Origin: an uncultured Syntrophomonadaceae bacterium
GTDB lineage: Bacteria > Bacillota > Dethiobacteria > DTU022
Assembly (NCBI GenBank): GCA_964492615.1
Contig: CAZBKZ010000007.1
Location: forward strand, 1,883-65,882
Reading direction: 5' to 3'
Length of the DNA stretch: 64,000 nucleotides
Position numbers and translations under genes: made by a program. The notes under the pieces are model-generated. The model made no database searches and was not told the origin of the DNA. It saw only the letters and a list, made by a program, of their open reading frames with translations. Shown here piece by piece: positions 1 through 10,098 of this stretch. The first letter of the stretch is position 1. Each line of letters opens with the position of its first letter.

Positions 1-969
1 TTGAAAAAACTGTATATACTGAAAAAAATACTCCAATCGCTCTTAACGATCTTTTTTGTCCTGATTTTCAATTATTTTTTATTCAGAATCATGCCCGGCG
101 ATCCCCTGGCTATGATTATGCGCAATCCCAGGGCTTCAGCGGAGGCTATTGAAAAAACCAAGGAGTTATTCGGCCTGGGCGAGGCCTGGTATATGCAGTT
201 TCTAATCTACCTGCAAAACCTCTTCCAGGGCGATTTTGGTCTCTCTTTTATCTATAAAAAAGATGTTCTTGAAGTAATCTGGGATAAGATCCTGCCCACG
301 GTAATCATGGTCGGTCTGGCCCAGATCGTGGCGATTATTATCGGGGTTCTGCTCGGAGTGATTGCTGCCTGGAAAAGGGGTACAAAAATTGACGTAATCT
401 CACTCAGTTTCTCCCTGATCACCTATTCAATGCCCACCTTCTGGCTGGGGATCATCCTGATCTCCATTTTCAGCATTGGTCTGGGCCTCTTCCCCACTTC
501 CGGCATGCTGACCCCTGGTAAAACATTTTTAAGCACCCTGGATATGATCAGGGATGGAACAGTGCACCTGGTACTGCCGGTTCTTACCCTAAGCCTGGTT
601 TTAATCGGCGAGTACGCCCTGACTATGAGGAACACCCTGCTCGATGTGCTGACCGAAGACTACATGACTACAGTCAGGGCCAAGGGTTTCGACGATAAAT
701 ACATGCTGAAAAAACATGCCGTACCCAATGCCATGTTGCCCATGATTACAATTATTGCCATTAACCTGGGGCTGACCATAGGCGGGGCCATCCAGGTGGA
801 AACTATATTCTCCTGGCCGGGCCTGGGCAGGCTCATGTACGAAGCGCTGAACGGCAGGGATTACCCCCTGCTGCAGGGGATCTTTCTGCTGATTACCATT
901 AGTGTGATCCTGGCCAACTTGATCGCCGATATTACTTACAGTTACCTGGATCCCCGGGTTAAGAGCTGA
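1..969 (+). CDS. Peptide/nickel ABC transporter permease (OppB/DppB family)
   Basis: N-terminal 'RIMPGDP', multiple TM segments, EAA-like loop 'TVRAKG', C-terminal 'LDPRV'; TTG start at window edge. Confidence 0.9.
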   Translation: MKKLYILKKILQSLLTIFFVLIFNYFLFRIMPGDPLAMIMRNPRASAEAIEKTKELFGLGEAWYMQFLIYLQNLFQGDFGLSFIYKKDVLEVIWDKILPTVIMVGLAQIVAIIIGVLLGVIAAWKRGTKIDVISLSFSLITYSMPTFWLGIILISIFSIGLGLFPTSGMLTPGKTFLSTLDMIRDGTVHLVLPVLTLSLVLIGEYALTMRNTLLDVLTEDYMTTVRAKGFDDKYMLKKHAVPNAMLPMITIIAINLGLTIGGAIQVETIFSWPGLGRLMYEALNGRDYPLLQGIFLLITISVILANLIADITYSYLDPRVKS

Positions 970-975
970 GGTGCT

Positions 976-1857
976 GTGATGAATACAATCAAACAGGAAA
1001 TGCGAAAAAAAAGAGTTGAAGCCTTTTACCAGAGTTTCCGTTCAAACAGGATGGGTATGATCGGCGCTGTAATTCTGATCTTTTTTATAGTCATCTCTAT
1101 ATTCGGCCCGCTCTTCTTCCCCTTCAACCCGCTGGAGTTCGGAGAACCGGGCAATGTTCTGCGACCTCCAGGAGGCAGCCACCTGCTGGGAACAGACAAC
1201 CTGGGCCGGGACATTTTCAGCAATTTGCTGGCCGGCGGCAGGGTATCGTTGATGGTGGGGCTGCTGGCAACGGTTATCTCCATGTTTCTCGGTACTTCTA
1301 TCGGGGTGGTCTCGGGCTTTGCCGGCAGTAAAACTGACATGATTTTAATGCGTATAACCGATTTCTTCCTGGTTTTACCCTGGCTGCCGCTGGTTCTGGT
1401 TTTGGCAGCCATTCTGGGCACAAGCATCTGGAATATCATCCTGGTTATCGGTCTCACCAGCTGGGCCGGAACGGCCCGCGTGGTTAGATCGCAAACATTA
1501 TCTTTGAAAGAGCGGCCTTTTATCGAAAGGATACGCTCGATTGGAGCCGACGACAAAACAATAATTATCCGGCACATTTTGCCCAACGTTTTTCCGCTGG
1601 TTTTTGCCAATACAATTTTGATCACCGCCGTGGCAATCCTTTCGGAAACAACCCTCAGTTTTCTCGGCCTGGGTGATACCACCCGTTCAAGCTGGGGCAT
1701 GATGCTTCATTACGCGTTTCAATCGGGCGCAGCCAGTTCCGGGGCTTACTGGTTTTTCCTGCCCCCCGGCATCTGTGTTGTGCTGGTTGTGCTGGCCTTT
1801 ACCTTCCTCGGGTATGCCTTTGACGAAATGTTGAACCCGAAACTTAAAAGGAGATAG
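976..1857 (+). CDS. Peptide ABC transporter permease (OppC/DppC family)
   Basis: 'HLLGTDNLGRD', 'LSFLGLG', 'SWGMML', terminal 'LNPK'. Confidence 0.9.
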   Translation: MMNTIKQEMRKKRVEAFYQSFRSNRMGMIGAVILIFFIVISIFGPLFFPFNPLEFGEPGNVLRPPGGSHLLGTDNLGRDIFSNLLAGGRVSLMVGLLATVISMFLGTSIGVVSGFAGSKTDMILMRITDFFLVLPWLPLVLVLAAILGTSIWNIILVIGLTSWAGTARVVRSQTLSLKERPFIERIRSIGADDKTIIIRHILPNVFPLVFANTILITAVAILSETTLSFLGLGDTTRSSWGMMLHYAFQSGAASSGAYWFFLPPGICVVLVVLAFTFLGYAFDEMLNPKLKRR

Positions 1858-1859
1858 CG

Positions 1860-2828
1860 ATGGAACTGCTGCAGATTAACAACCTTAAAACTTACTTCGA
1901 AATTTCTGCCGGCACCGTTAAAGCAGTCGATGATGTCAGCCTGACCCTGAACTACGGGGAATCTCTCGGCCTGGTCGGCGAATCAGGGTGCGGCAAAACC
2001 ACCACCGCGCTTTCGATTAACAACCTGCTGCCTGATGAAGGCAGAATAGTTTCCGGGGAAATCCTGCTGGAAGGGAAAAACCTGGTTGAAATGAGCGATC
2101 GTGAAATTAAGAAAATTCGCTGGAATGATGTTTCGATGATTTTCCAGGGAGCAATGAACGCATTAAACCCGGTTATGAAAATCGGCGACCAGATCGCTGA
2201 AACAATCGTATTACACCAGAAAAGCTCATTCAGAGAAGCGCTTAAAAAAGCCGAAGAGCTTTTCGCCCTGGTCGATCTTGAACCAAAACGTATTTCAAAC
2301 TATCCCCACGAGTTTAGCGGCGGTATGAAGCAGAGAGCGATGATCGCCATGGCCCTGGCCTGTAACCCAAAGCTGGTAATCGGTGATGAGCCGACAACCG
2401 CTCTTGATGTTATGGTCCAGGCCCAGATTTTAAACCTGCTCTACAGGCTGAGGCAGGAGTTGAATATGGGGTTAATCCTGATTACCCATGATCTCTCTAT
2501 CCTGGGAGAAACATGTGATAAAATTGCGGTGATGTATGCCGGAAAAATTGTCGAATCAGGCGATGTAGAAGATATCTTTAACCGCAACAAACATCCTTAC
2601 ACGCATAAACTGCTCTCTTCTTTCCCCAACATTCACCGGGAAAGAATCATGCCTGAGGCAATTGAAGGAATACCCCCGGATCTGATCAACCCGCCACCTG
2701 GCTGCAGGTTCCATCCCAGGTGCCCCTATTGTATAGAGATCTGCCGGAGCGAAGAGCCGGCAATGACCATGGAGAGCAAAGGCCATTATTACGCCTGCCA
2801 CCTGGGGGGTGTGCACAATGGAAAATAA
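1860..2828 (+). CDS. Peptide ABC transporter ATPase (OppD/DppD family)
   Basis: Walker A GESGCGKT, FSGGMKQR, DEPTTALD, C-terminal GCRFHPRC domain. Confidence 0.92.
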   Translation: MELLQINNLKTYFEISAGTVKAVDDVSLTLNYGESLGLVGESGCGKTTTALSINNLLPDEGRIVSGEILLEGKNLVEMSDREIKKIRWNDVSMIFQGAMNALNPVMKIGDQIAETIVLHQKSSFREALKKAEELFALVDLEPKRISNYPHEFSGGMKQRAMIAMALACNPKLVIGDEPTTALDVMVQAQILNLLYRLRQELNMGLILITHDLSILGETCDKIAVMYAGKIVESGDVEDIFNRNKHPYTHKLLSSFPNIHRERIMPEAIEGIPPDLINPPPGCRFHPRCPYCIEICRSEEPAMTMESKGHYYACHLGGVHNGK

Positions 2829-3822
2829 GAATAAAATTATTTCGGTTAAAGATCTTAAAGTTCAATTTCAGATCAAGCAGTCTTTTCTGCACGAGCTCTT
2901 TGCAAAGAAGCAGAAAATTGTTAAAGCTGTTGACGGTATCAGCCTCGATATTCACCAGGGAGAAATAGTATCCCTGGTCGGCGAAAGCGGCAGCGGAAAG
3001 ACCACACTGGGCAAAGCCATACTAAACCTGACCCCGATAACCTCCGGAGAAGTATTGTTCAAAGGTAAAAAGGTAGAACATACCAATAAAAGAGAACTGA
3101 AGCGTTTCAGGCAAAAAGCGCAAATGATTTTTCAGGATCCCTACCAGTCGCTCGACCCGAAAAGCATGATTATCGATACTGTGGCGGAACCGCTCGAGGT
3201 TAATAATCTGCTTAAAACTGCAGCCGAGAGGAAGGAAAAAACAGTTAAAGCCCTGGAGGGCAGCGGTCTGGCCCCGGCCGAAAACTATCTTTACCGTTAC
3301 CCGTACGAGCTGAGCGGAGGGCAGCGCCAAAGGGTGGCAATTGCCGGCTCGATTATCCTGGATCCCGACTTCATCGTAGCTGACGAACCGGTCTCCATGC
3401 TCGATGTTTCCGTGCGAACCGGCATCCTGAAGCTCTTGCTGGAGCTTAAGAATGCCCGCAACCTGGCCTTTCTCTTCATTACCCACGACCTTTCCCTATC
3501 CTGGCTCATATCGGACCGGATCGCCATCATGTACCTGGGTAAGATAGTCGAAATTGGCCCGGCCGACGAGATAATAAAAAACTGCCGCCATCCTTATACC
3601 CGGGCCCTGCTCAGTATCATGCCCATTCCAGAGGTGCATCGCAACAGGAACAGGCAGGTTCTTAAAGGTGAAATACCAGACCCGACTGAAATACCCCGGG
3701 GCTGCCGTTTTAATACACGCTGCGAATTTGCCCATGACAGATGCTATAACGAAGAACCGCAGTTTACAGCGATCAGTGACAACCACGATGTTGCCTGCCA
3801 CCTGGCAGCAAAGGAGCAATAA
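2818..3822 (+). CDS. Peptide ABC transporter ATPase (OppF/DppF family)
   Basis: GESGSGKT, LSGGQRQR, DEPVSMLD, GCRFNTRC; ATG at 2818 after GGGGGTG RBS. Confidence 0.92.
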   Translation: MENKNKIISVKDLKVQFQIKQSFLHELFAKKQKIVKAVDGISLDIHQGEIVSLVGESGSGKTTLGKAILNLTPITSGEVLFKGKKVEHTNKRELKRFRQKAQMIFQDPYQSLDPKSMIIDTVAEPLEVNNLLKTAAERKEKTVKALEGSGLAPAENYLYRYPYELSGGQRQRVAIAGSIILDPDFIVADEPVSMLDVSVRTGILKLLLELKNARNLAFLFITHDLSLSWLISDRIAIMYLGKIVEIGPADEIIKNCRHPYTRALLSIMPIPEVHRNRNRQVLKGEIPDPTEIPRGCRFNTRCEFAHDRCYNEEPQFTAISDNHDVACHLAAKEQ

Positions 3823-5018
3823 TGGAGAAAATAAATATACTTGAAACCTTTTCAGAAGAAGAAGTTTTCGACCTTACTGCAGAACTGGTGCGAATACCAA
3901 GCTACACCGGCCTGAAAAACCAGGAACAAGCAGTTGCCGCCCGCATATTCGACTTTTTTCAGAAAGAAGATATTGAAGTTTTTTACCAGTATCCCCTGGA
4001 CAACCGGCCAAACGTTATTGCCCGGATCAGGGGTAATGCAGAAGGCAAATCGCTGATGCTGAATGGCCATATGGATACAGTCCCTCCATACAACATGACC
4101 GGGGATCCCTATTCCGGTTCAATCATGATGGGCAACCTGTACGGACGGGGCAGCTGCGACATGAAGGGCGCTTTAGCCTGCATGATGGGAACTATGGCAG
4201 CCATCAAGCGAAGTGAAATCGTCCTGGAAGGAGACCTGGTTTTTGCCGCCGTCATCAACGAGGAACAGAAAAGTGAAGGAACAGAATATATTGTTAAACA
4301 CGGCCCTTACACCGATGCCGCAATTATAGGGGAACCGACCGGTCTTAATATTGCTGCCGGCCACCGGGGCCTGGAGTGGATTCAGATTGAAGTAATAGGC
4401 AAAACCACTCATGGTGGGACTCCGCACGAAGGAGTTAACGCCATTTCCAAGGCTGCCAGGTTAATTAACACTATAGAAAAAGAATTATTGCCAAAGTTCA
4501 AAGAACGCAGGCACCCGCTGATCGGTGAACCGCTGCTAAACTTCGGTGTTATAGAGGGCGGTGACCAGCCCAGCTCAGTCGCGGGATACTGCAACATCTA
4601 CATCGACCGGCGCTGGACCCCGCTCGAAACTTTCGATATGGTAATGGAAGACTTTAAGCAGATTATTGATCAAATCAACCGCGAAGATGAAAATTTCAGG
4701 GCCGTGGTAAAAAGATATTTTGATAATGACGATATGATGCTGCACAAACCGTTGGAAACTGACCTGAACGATCCAATAGTTAACTCTCTCCGTAAAGGGG
4801 TTCGCTCATCGCTAAGCAGGGAAGCGGAAATCGTTTCCTTTTTAGCCTGGACAGACGCATCGCTTTTAAGCAATTTTGCCGGGATAACCAGCGTTGTCTT
4901 CGGACCGGGGCACCTGAAAAAAGCTCACAGTGAAGATGAATACATTGAACTTGATCAGCTGGCGGGGGCTTACCGGGCTTACACCCTGGCTGCACTCGAC
5001 TACTGTGGGGGCAAATAA
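3822..5018 (+). CDS. M20 family metallopeptidase/deacylase (ArgE/DapE-like)
   Basis: GHMDTV, GRGSCDMKG, NEE, GEPT, AHS metal-binding motifs. Confidence 0.88.
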   Translation: MEKINILETFSEEEVFDLTAELVRIPSYTGLKNQEQAVAARIFDFFQKEDIEVFYQYPLDNRPNVIARIRGNAEGKSLMLNGHMDTVPPYNMTGDPYSGSIMMGNLYGRGSCDMKGALACMMGTMAAIKRSEIVLEGDLVFAAVINEEQKSEGTEYIVKHGPYTDAAIIGEPTGLNIAAGHRGLEWIQIEVIGKTTHGGTPHEGVNAISKAARLINTIEKELLPKFKERRHPLIGEPLLNFGVIEGGDQPSSVAGYCNIYIDRRWTPLETFDMVMEDFKQIIDQINREDENFRAVVKRYFDNDDMMLHKPLETDLNDPIVNSLRKGVRSSLSREAEIVSFLAWTDASLLSNFAGITSVVFGPGHLKKAHSEDEYIELDQLAGAYRAYTLAALDYCGGK

Positions 5019-5022
5019 ATTA

Positions 5023-6357
5023 ATGACAGAAAAAATTATTAAAGCAGTAATCAACACCCGCGATGAAATTATTAAAAATTCGATTGATCTAATCAACATT
5101 CCGAGCCTGACCGGCGATACCGAGGCAAATATCAAATGCCTCAAATACCTGGCCTCTATTGCCGGCAGCGAGGGAATTAATTGCTCTTACAGCAAAAAAA
5201 AAGATTGCCTGGTGCTGGAAATCGGCAGTGGTAAAGAAACAATTGGTGTGCTGACCCATGTTGACGTAGTCGGTATCGGAGACCTGAACAAATGGAAAAC
5301 CCCACCCTTTGAAGGATTATTCGACGGAAAGTTTATAACCGGCAGGGGCGCTATGGACGATAAAGTGCCTACGGCAATTATATTTAATATATTACGCTCC
5401 TTTAACCGCAGCGCTGTTAATTGCAGGCGGCGTCTGCAGTTAATAGTCGGCACCAGCGAAGAAGGTGAATGGAGCGACATGGAGAGCTTCAGGAGCGAAT
5501 TTAACATACCCGATTTCTCCTTTACTCCTGACGGGGCCTTCCCCATTCACAACATTGAAAAAGGTTATTGCGATGTGGAGATTTCTATTCCCCTGGAAGC
5601 CGATTTCCTGGGAGGAACCATCCTTGAATTGACCAGCGGCGACAGCAGCAACACCATTCCTTCGCGGGGCAGTTTTGTTTATAAAAATCATGCTCAGAAT
5701 AAAACTGTGGTCATAGTCAGCAGCGGTTCCTCAATTCACAGTTCGCTGCCCGAAAACGGTGAAAATGCCCTCACTAAGCTGGCCTGGTTGATAAAAACTC
5801 ACGGGCTTAAACATCCCCGCCTTAACACTTTTTCAGACTTTATCCTGGGCATGCACGAAGACTATTACGGGTCCTTCCTCGGTTTTGATAATGAAGAAAC
5901 CAACTACAACGATGAATATACCGGCAGAACCGCGGCTAACCCTACCGTGCTCAACTACAGCGAGGGAACCCTGGTTTTGAACATCAACATCCGCCACAAG
6001 TATGGTGTAACCAGGGATGATATTGATCACCTCTTCCACCGGCTAAGCGATAAATTTGGCTTTAGATACCGCATTGTTGGTTACCAGGAACCACTCTACG
6101 TAAGCCGCACCAACCCCTTCTTTGAGATTATGAACAGGGCTTACGAGACAGTTACAGGGCTGGAAGGCGGCTTTACCCTGGCCCGGGGTACTTCCTACGC
6201 CAAGGCGCTGCCGAACAGCGTATGCTGGGGCCCGGTCTTTCCCGGTGAAGAAGATTCCTGTCACCGGGAAAATGAAAGAATCAGCCTGAAGAGTGTGATG
6301 CAGTGCACTGAAATATACAGCCGTTTTCTGCTGGAAGCTTCAGTTACAACAGTTTAA
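5023..6357 (+). CDS. M20 family dipeptidase (PepV/Sapep-like)
   Basis: HVDVV, GRGAMDDK, SEE, FTPDG, C-terminal HRENE; start moved to ATG 5023 to avoid overlapping the upstream gene. Confidence 0.82.
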   Translation: MTEKIIKAVINTRDEIIKNSIDLINIPSLTGDTEANIKCLKYLASIAGSEGINCSYSKKKDCLVLEIGSGKETIGVLTHVDVVGIGDLNKWKTPPFEGLFDGKFITGRGAMDDKVPTAIIFNILRSFNRSAVNCRRRLQLIVGTSEEGEWSDMESFRSEFNIPDFSFTPDGAFPIHNIEKGYCDVEISIPLEADFLGGTILELTSGDSSNTIPSRGSFVYKNHAQNKTVVIVSSGSSIHSSLPENGENALTKLAWLIKTHGLKHPRLNTFSDFILGMHEDYYGSFLGFDNEETNYNDEYTGRTAANPTVLNYSEGTLVLNINIRHKYGVTRDDIDHLFHRLSDKFGFRYRIVGYQEPLYVSRTNPFFEIMNRAYETVTGLEGGFTLARGTSYAKALPNSVCWGPVFPGEEDSCHRENERISLKSVMQCTEIYSRFLLEASVTTV

Positions 6358-6382
6358 TTAACAATCAGCTTATGTGACAACC

Positions 6383-6417
6383 GGCCCGGCCAACAGGAAG
6401 GAGTCGGGCTTTTTTTT
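6383..6417 (+). terminator. Rho-independent terminator of the peptide-uptake operon
   Basis: GCCCGGC...GTCGGGC stem followed by a T run. Confidence 0.7.
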
Positions 6418-6458
6418 GAGAATAATATAATTAAACTAACAGGGGGAGGATAACTAAG

Positions 6459-7103
6459 ATGGAAAAATCTTTTACCGTGCTGGTTGATAATAACAGTCTT
6501 ACTCTTTCCAGGCTGGAAACGGACCCATACGGTACCAATACCTACCTGCTCAGGTGTGCAAAATCAGGACAGTGCGTGTTGATCGACGCGCCCGGCAATG
6601 CTGAAACCGTTATTGACGAACTGGGCGATAGCCGGGTTCAGTACATCCTGATGACCCATGCCCACATGGATCATACAATGGCCCTGGAAGAACTGATTAA
6701 ACTGCCGGGAGTTAGCCTGGCCGCTCATCAAGGCGAAATAAAGGCCTTGCCTGTTCAGGCGGACCGCCTGCTCGAAGACGGCGACCTGCTGCATTGCGGG
6801 GAACTTGAAATTAAAGTAATCCACACCCCGGGCCATACGCCCGGCGGGCTCTGCTATTTAGTTGACGGTATACTGCTCGGAGGCGATACACTTTTTCCCG
6901 GAGGACCCGGTAAAACCGCTTCGCCGGAGAATTTAAGTACACTGCTTGCTTCAATCAAAAATAAAATTTTAACCCTGCCTGCCCAAACCGTTATCTATCC
7001 CGGGCACGGCGACCCTACGACAGTGGCAGAACAGCGTCCCAAAGTGGAGGCTTTCCTGGCCCGCGGTTACGACAGCAACCTCCATGGAGATGTAACCTGG
7101 TAA
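6459..7103 (+). CDS. MBL-fold metallo-hydrolase (glyoxalase II-like)
   Basis: THAHMDH, HTPGHTPG, GDTLF, YPGHG motifs; GGAGG RBS. Confidence 0.88.
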   Translation: MEKSFTVLVDNNSLTLSRLETDPYGTNTYLLRCAKSGQCVLIDAPGNAETVIDELGDSRVQYILMTHAHMDHTMALEELIKLPGVSLAAHQGEIKALPVQADRLLEDGDLLHCGELEIKVIHTPGHTPGGLCYLVDGILLGGDTLFPGGPGKTASPENLSTLLASIKNKILTLPAQTVIYPGHGDPTTVAEQRPKVEAFLARGYDSNLHGDVTW

Positions 7104-7107
7104 GCAG

Positions 7108-7806
7108 TTACCAGGGAAACTCAACCCGGTGAAAAGCTTCGGCCAGATCAAAATCCTGGTCGCGGGCTGAATCTTCGGCTCGCTGACGCAGCCATTGTTC
7201 AACGGATTCAAACTGGTGGCCGCCTACCTGGCTCTGGTGACAGCGCAGGGCAGCCAGCTTGGTATTAAAAGTATCTGTAATATCGGAAAAATAGTTGGGG
7301 TCTTCACTGGCCCAGAGTAATATATCCTTTACCTTATGAGGCATCAGCCCCGCTTTAAACAGATCGGGGTAAGCCAGGTGATCACGGGCAAAGGGAAAGG
7401 CTGCATCAAGCACCACCTGCCCCGTTATGCGGTGGTCGCGGTGCCAGACATAGCGGCGGTAAGGGTCGGCAGTAACCAGGGTTTCCGGTTGAAAAGTACG
7501 AATCCAGCGCACGATATCCTTGCGGAATTCAGCTGTATCCTCAAGGGTCTGGTCTTCATACCCTAGGAAGATTACTTCTTTCACCCCGAGAAGATCTGCC
7601 GCCGCCTGCTGTTCTTTTTTTCTTGTTTTAGCCAGCTCTTCAGGTCTGACCGTGTAATCTGAACTGCCTTTGCTTCCATCGGTGCAGATCAAATAGACTA
7701 CTTTTTTACCTTCTTTTACCCAACGGGCCACCGAACCGGACACGCCAAACTCTGAATCATCCGGATGGGGTGATACAATCATTATATCGGCTTTTCTGTC
7801 GATCAT
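7108..7806 (-). CDS. PIG-L family deacetylase (MshB/BshB-like)
   Basis: SPHPDD and HRDH zinc motifs, terminal HQSQ and AEAF. Confidence 0.88.
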   Translation of the reverse strand: MIDRKADIMIVSPHPDDSEFGVSGSVARWVKEGKKVVYLICTDGSKGSSDYTVRPEELAKTRKKEQQAAADLLGVKEVIFLGYEDQTLEDTAEFRKDIVRWIRTFQPETLVTADPYRRYVWHRDHRITGQVVLDAAFPFARDHLAYPDLFKAGLMPHKVKDILLWASEDPNYFSDITDTFNTKLAALRCHQSQVGGHQFESVEQWLRQRAEDSARDQDFDLAEAFHRVEFPW

Positions 7807-7846
7807 ATTGATGCTCCTTCATCCTGTTGTTTGTTATGGCAGAATA

Positions 7847-9052
7847 TTAACGTCCACTTAACTGCTGGAATTTCAACGATTGAACCAGTTTTTCCGCTAC
7901 GCTATGCCAGTTATAAGGGGCAAGGCATGAATCAATAGAGACCGGGACAAGACGATTCTCCCCGAGATAGACTTTTCTGATTGCCGCTGCCCATGCTGCA
8001 GGACTGCGGTCGCCTACCAGTTTAACAACCTGTTCACCGGCCTCCCCTTCAGCCAGTTCCGGTATTACTCCAACCGGACCGGAAACCACCGGGGTTCCAC
8101 AGGCAATTGATTCAAGTGCAACCATGCTGAAACTTTCATAAAAAGAAGGGATTACGGTAACATCCGCCGCACTGTAATAAATAGGCAGCTCTTTATGTTC
8201 AATCCGGCCGGTAAAATGCAGCCTGTCGGAGACACCGCGTGAAGCAGCCAGCTCTTTCAAGGCTGCAATTTTTGCTGCATCGGCGGAATCGCCTCCGACA
8301 ATAATCACCCGGAAGGGGTCTTCCAGGGGCAGCAAAGCAGCAGCTTCAATTAGCAGTTCAAAACCTTTAACAGGCTCAATACGCCCTACGGCAAGCATTA
8401 CTTTATAACCGCTCACCCCCGCTTTTTCCCTGGCCCGTTTTCGCTCCAAAGGGGTGAAATGCGCACGATTAATACCGGAACCGATTACAGCAACCCTTTC
8501 TTTCGGCAGGGAAAAGTATGAACAAACCTTTTCCTGCTCAAGCCGGGAAGCGGTAACTACCATATCACAACCGGCAGCTAATTTATTTTCTTCCTCAAGC
8601 CGCAGCATCGGTTCGTGTTCACCGCTGCAGCTTTCATTCTTAGCCCGGCCCAGGGTATGAAACATGACCAGGTGGGGAAGCTTCAAATCCCTGTTCAAAG
8701 TTCTGCCTGCCAGGCCGGAAAGCCAGTAATGGCTGAAGATGAGGTCGTAGGAAACCTGGCTGCGCCTGATGAAAGCACCAATTTGTGCTGCCAGCTGACT
8801 TGCGTTACTATAAAGTTCTTCTCTTGATGCTCCTGATCTCTTTTTTTTAATGGTAATCAGCCGCACTGCTGAAGAACCAATCTGCTGTGGAGTTTCACCA
8901 TTAAGCTCCGCCCCTGTAAAGATATCAACGCTGTGGCCCATTTCATCGAGAGCCTGCGACAGGCCGAGCAGGTAAGCGCTCATGCCGCCGGTATCCCTGG
9001 TGCCCATCGGCCCCAGCGGTGAGCTGTGCACACTTAAAAAGGCCATTTTCAT
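7847..9052 (-). CDS. GT4 glycosyltransferase, MshA-like
   Basis: N-terminus 'SVHSSPLGPMGTRDTGGMSAY', 'SHYWLSG', 'MFHTLG', 'VGRIEPVKG', 'ESFSMVALE' match the MshA subfamily pattern. Confidence 0.82.
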   Translation of the reverse strand: MKMAFLSVHSSPLGPMGTRDTGGMSAYLLGLSQALDEMGHSVDIFTGAELNGETPQQIGSSAVRLITIKKKRSGASREELYSNASQLAAQIGAFIRRSQVSYDLIFSHYWLSGLAGRTLNRDLKLPHLVMFHTLGRAKNESCSGEHEPMLRLEEENKLAAGCDMVVTASRLEQEKVCSYFSLPKERVAVIGSGINRAHFTPLERKRAREKAGVSGYKVMLAVGRIEPVKGFELLIEAAALLPLEDPFRVIIVGGDSADAAKIAALKELAASRGVSDRLHFTGRIEHKELPIYYSAADVTVIPSFYESFSMVALESIACGTPVVSGPVGVIPELAEGEAGEQVVKLVGDRSPAAWAAAIRKVYLGENRLVPVSIDSCLAPYNWHSVAEKLVQSLKFQQLSGR

Positions 9053-10068
9053 TGCCTGCTTCCCCCACCCGCGTCCAGCTCTATGGTAACGGTATAATTC
9101 GGCACCTCGACTCCGCCCAGGCGGGATTTGTATACTTCCGGACCTTTAAGAAAGTCAAAAACCCGGTAACCTCGCTCCACGCTGTCCCTGATACAGAGAA
9201 TCTTAGAAAGCAGGCCCACGCTGAGGTGAGCGTATTTTTCGTGATACCCGCTGTTGTAAAGATAAACGCGGCTGTCATAAACAAAATATAGAACGGCAGC
9301 GGCAGGTTCCCCGTTTACCTCGAGCAGGCCATAACGTGAAAGGCCGACCCTGGAAGTGTTATGGATTAACGCCTGGAAATACTCTTTCATTTGCTCCGTC
9401 ATAAAATCGGCCTTATCGGGGTTTTCATTAAAGAGTTCAAGAAAACGCGGTATAAATGTAACCGGGTCGCCTGTTTTACCCCGGCCGGTTTCACCGATCG
9501 CCTCATACCTGTAACCATTGCTCTCATTTTCCAGTTTGCGCAGCTTTCGCCTTACCTCGTGCCTCTGCTTTTTATTAAGGAATAGCAGGTATTCCTCCCA
9601 GGATCGGGCCAGGGGCACTTCCGACGACATAGTATCAGCGACATAAAAACCTTTAAACCGGTTCCGCTTTTCTGCAGCAAAAAATCCACTAAAAACTGCC
9701 GCATCCGGACGCTGCGATTCCAGAATAAGCGTGCCGGTTCCTTCTGCAGAGAGGGCCGGTAACAGTGCATCAAAAAAAGCTTCTTCTTCGCCCGGTTTTA
9801 TGATGAAATCAAGGTAGTCACAGACATCCGCACTGCCGATCAGGCGGGCAGTTTTGCCGTGGAACATGAGCGGGGCAAGACCGATCAGATCCTCTCCCTT
9901 CCAGACCGAGCGCAAGGCTGGTTCATATCTGCTTTCGCCAAAAACGCTCCACCATGATTCAATCCAGGACGGCAATATAAAAATTACCGGCCAGCTGAGC
10001 AGCCGGCCTTCGTCACGGTAAAGTCCTGGCAAAGATTCAAGTTTTTCTTCTTTAACCTGCAGAGACAC
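9049..10068 (-). CDS. GNAT-family protein (CelD/BcsL, Acetyltransf_6-like)
   Basis: 'CDYLD', 'SWEEYL..LNKKQRHEVRRKLRKL', 'YNSGY', 'FDFLKG.E.YK'. Confidence 0.8.
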   Translation of the reverse strand: MSLQVKEEKLESLPGLYRDEGRLLSWPVIFILPSWIESWWSVFGESRYEPALRSVWKGEDLIGLAPLMFHGKTARLIGSADVCDYLDFIIKPGEEEAFFDALLPALSAEGTGTLILESQRPDAAVFSGFFAAEKRNRFKGFYVADTMSSEVPLARSWEEYLLFLNKKQRHEVRRKLRKLENESNGYRYEAIGETGRGKTGDPVTFIPRFLELFNENPDKADFMTEQMKEYFQALIHNTSRVGLSRYGLLEVNGEPAAAVLYFVYDSRVYLYNSGYHEKYAHLSVGLLSKILCIRDSVERGYRVFDFLKGPEVYKSRLGGVEVPNYTVTIELDAGGGSRQ

Positions 10069-10098
10069 TGCTTTTTCTCCCCGTTCTGTTAATTTTCT

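Noticed and set aside
967-978. TGA of the first permease is in frame with the next ORF (possible Sec readthrough)
   Set aside because: Both are complete standard permease subunits, GAGGTG serves as RBS, and there is no redox motif or SECIS hairpin
1026-1700. Long antisense ORFs (also 37767-38321, 50735-51343, 53892-54458 and others)
   Set aside because: Shadow frames opposite well-supported genes, with no family motifs
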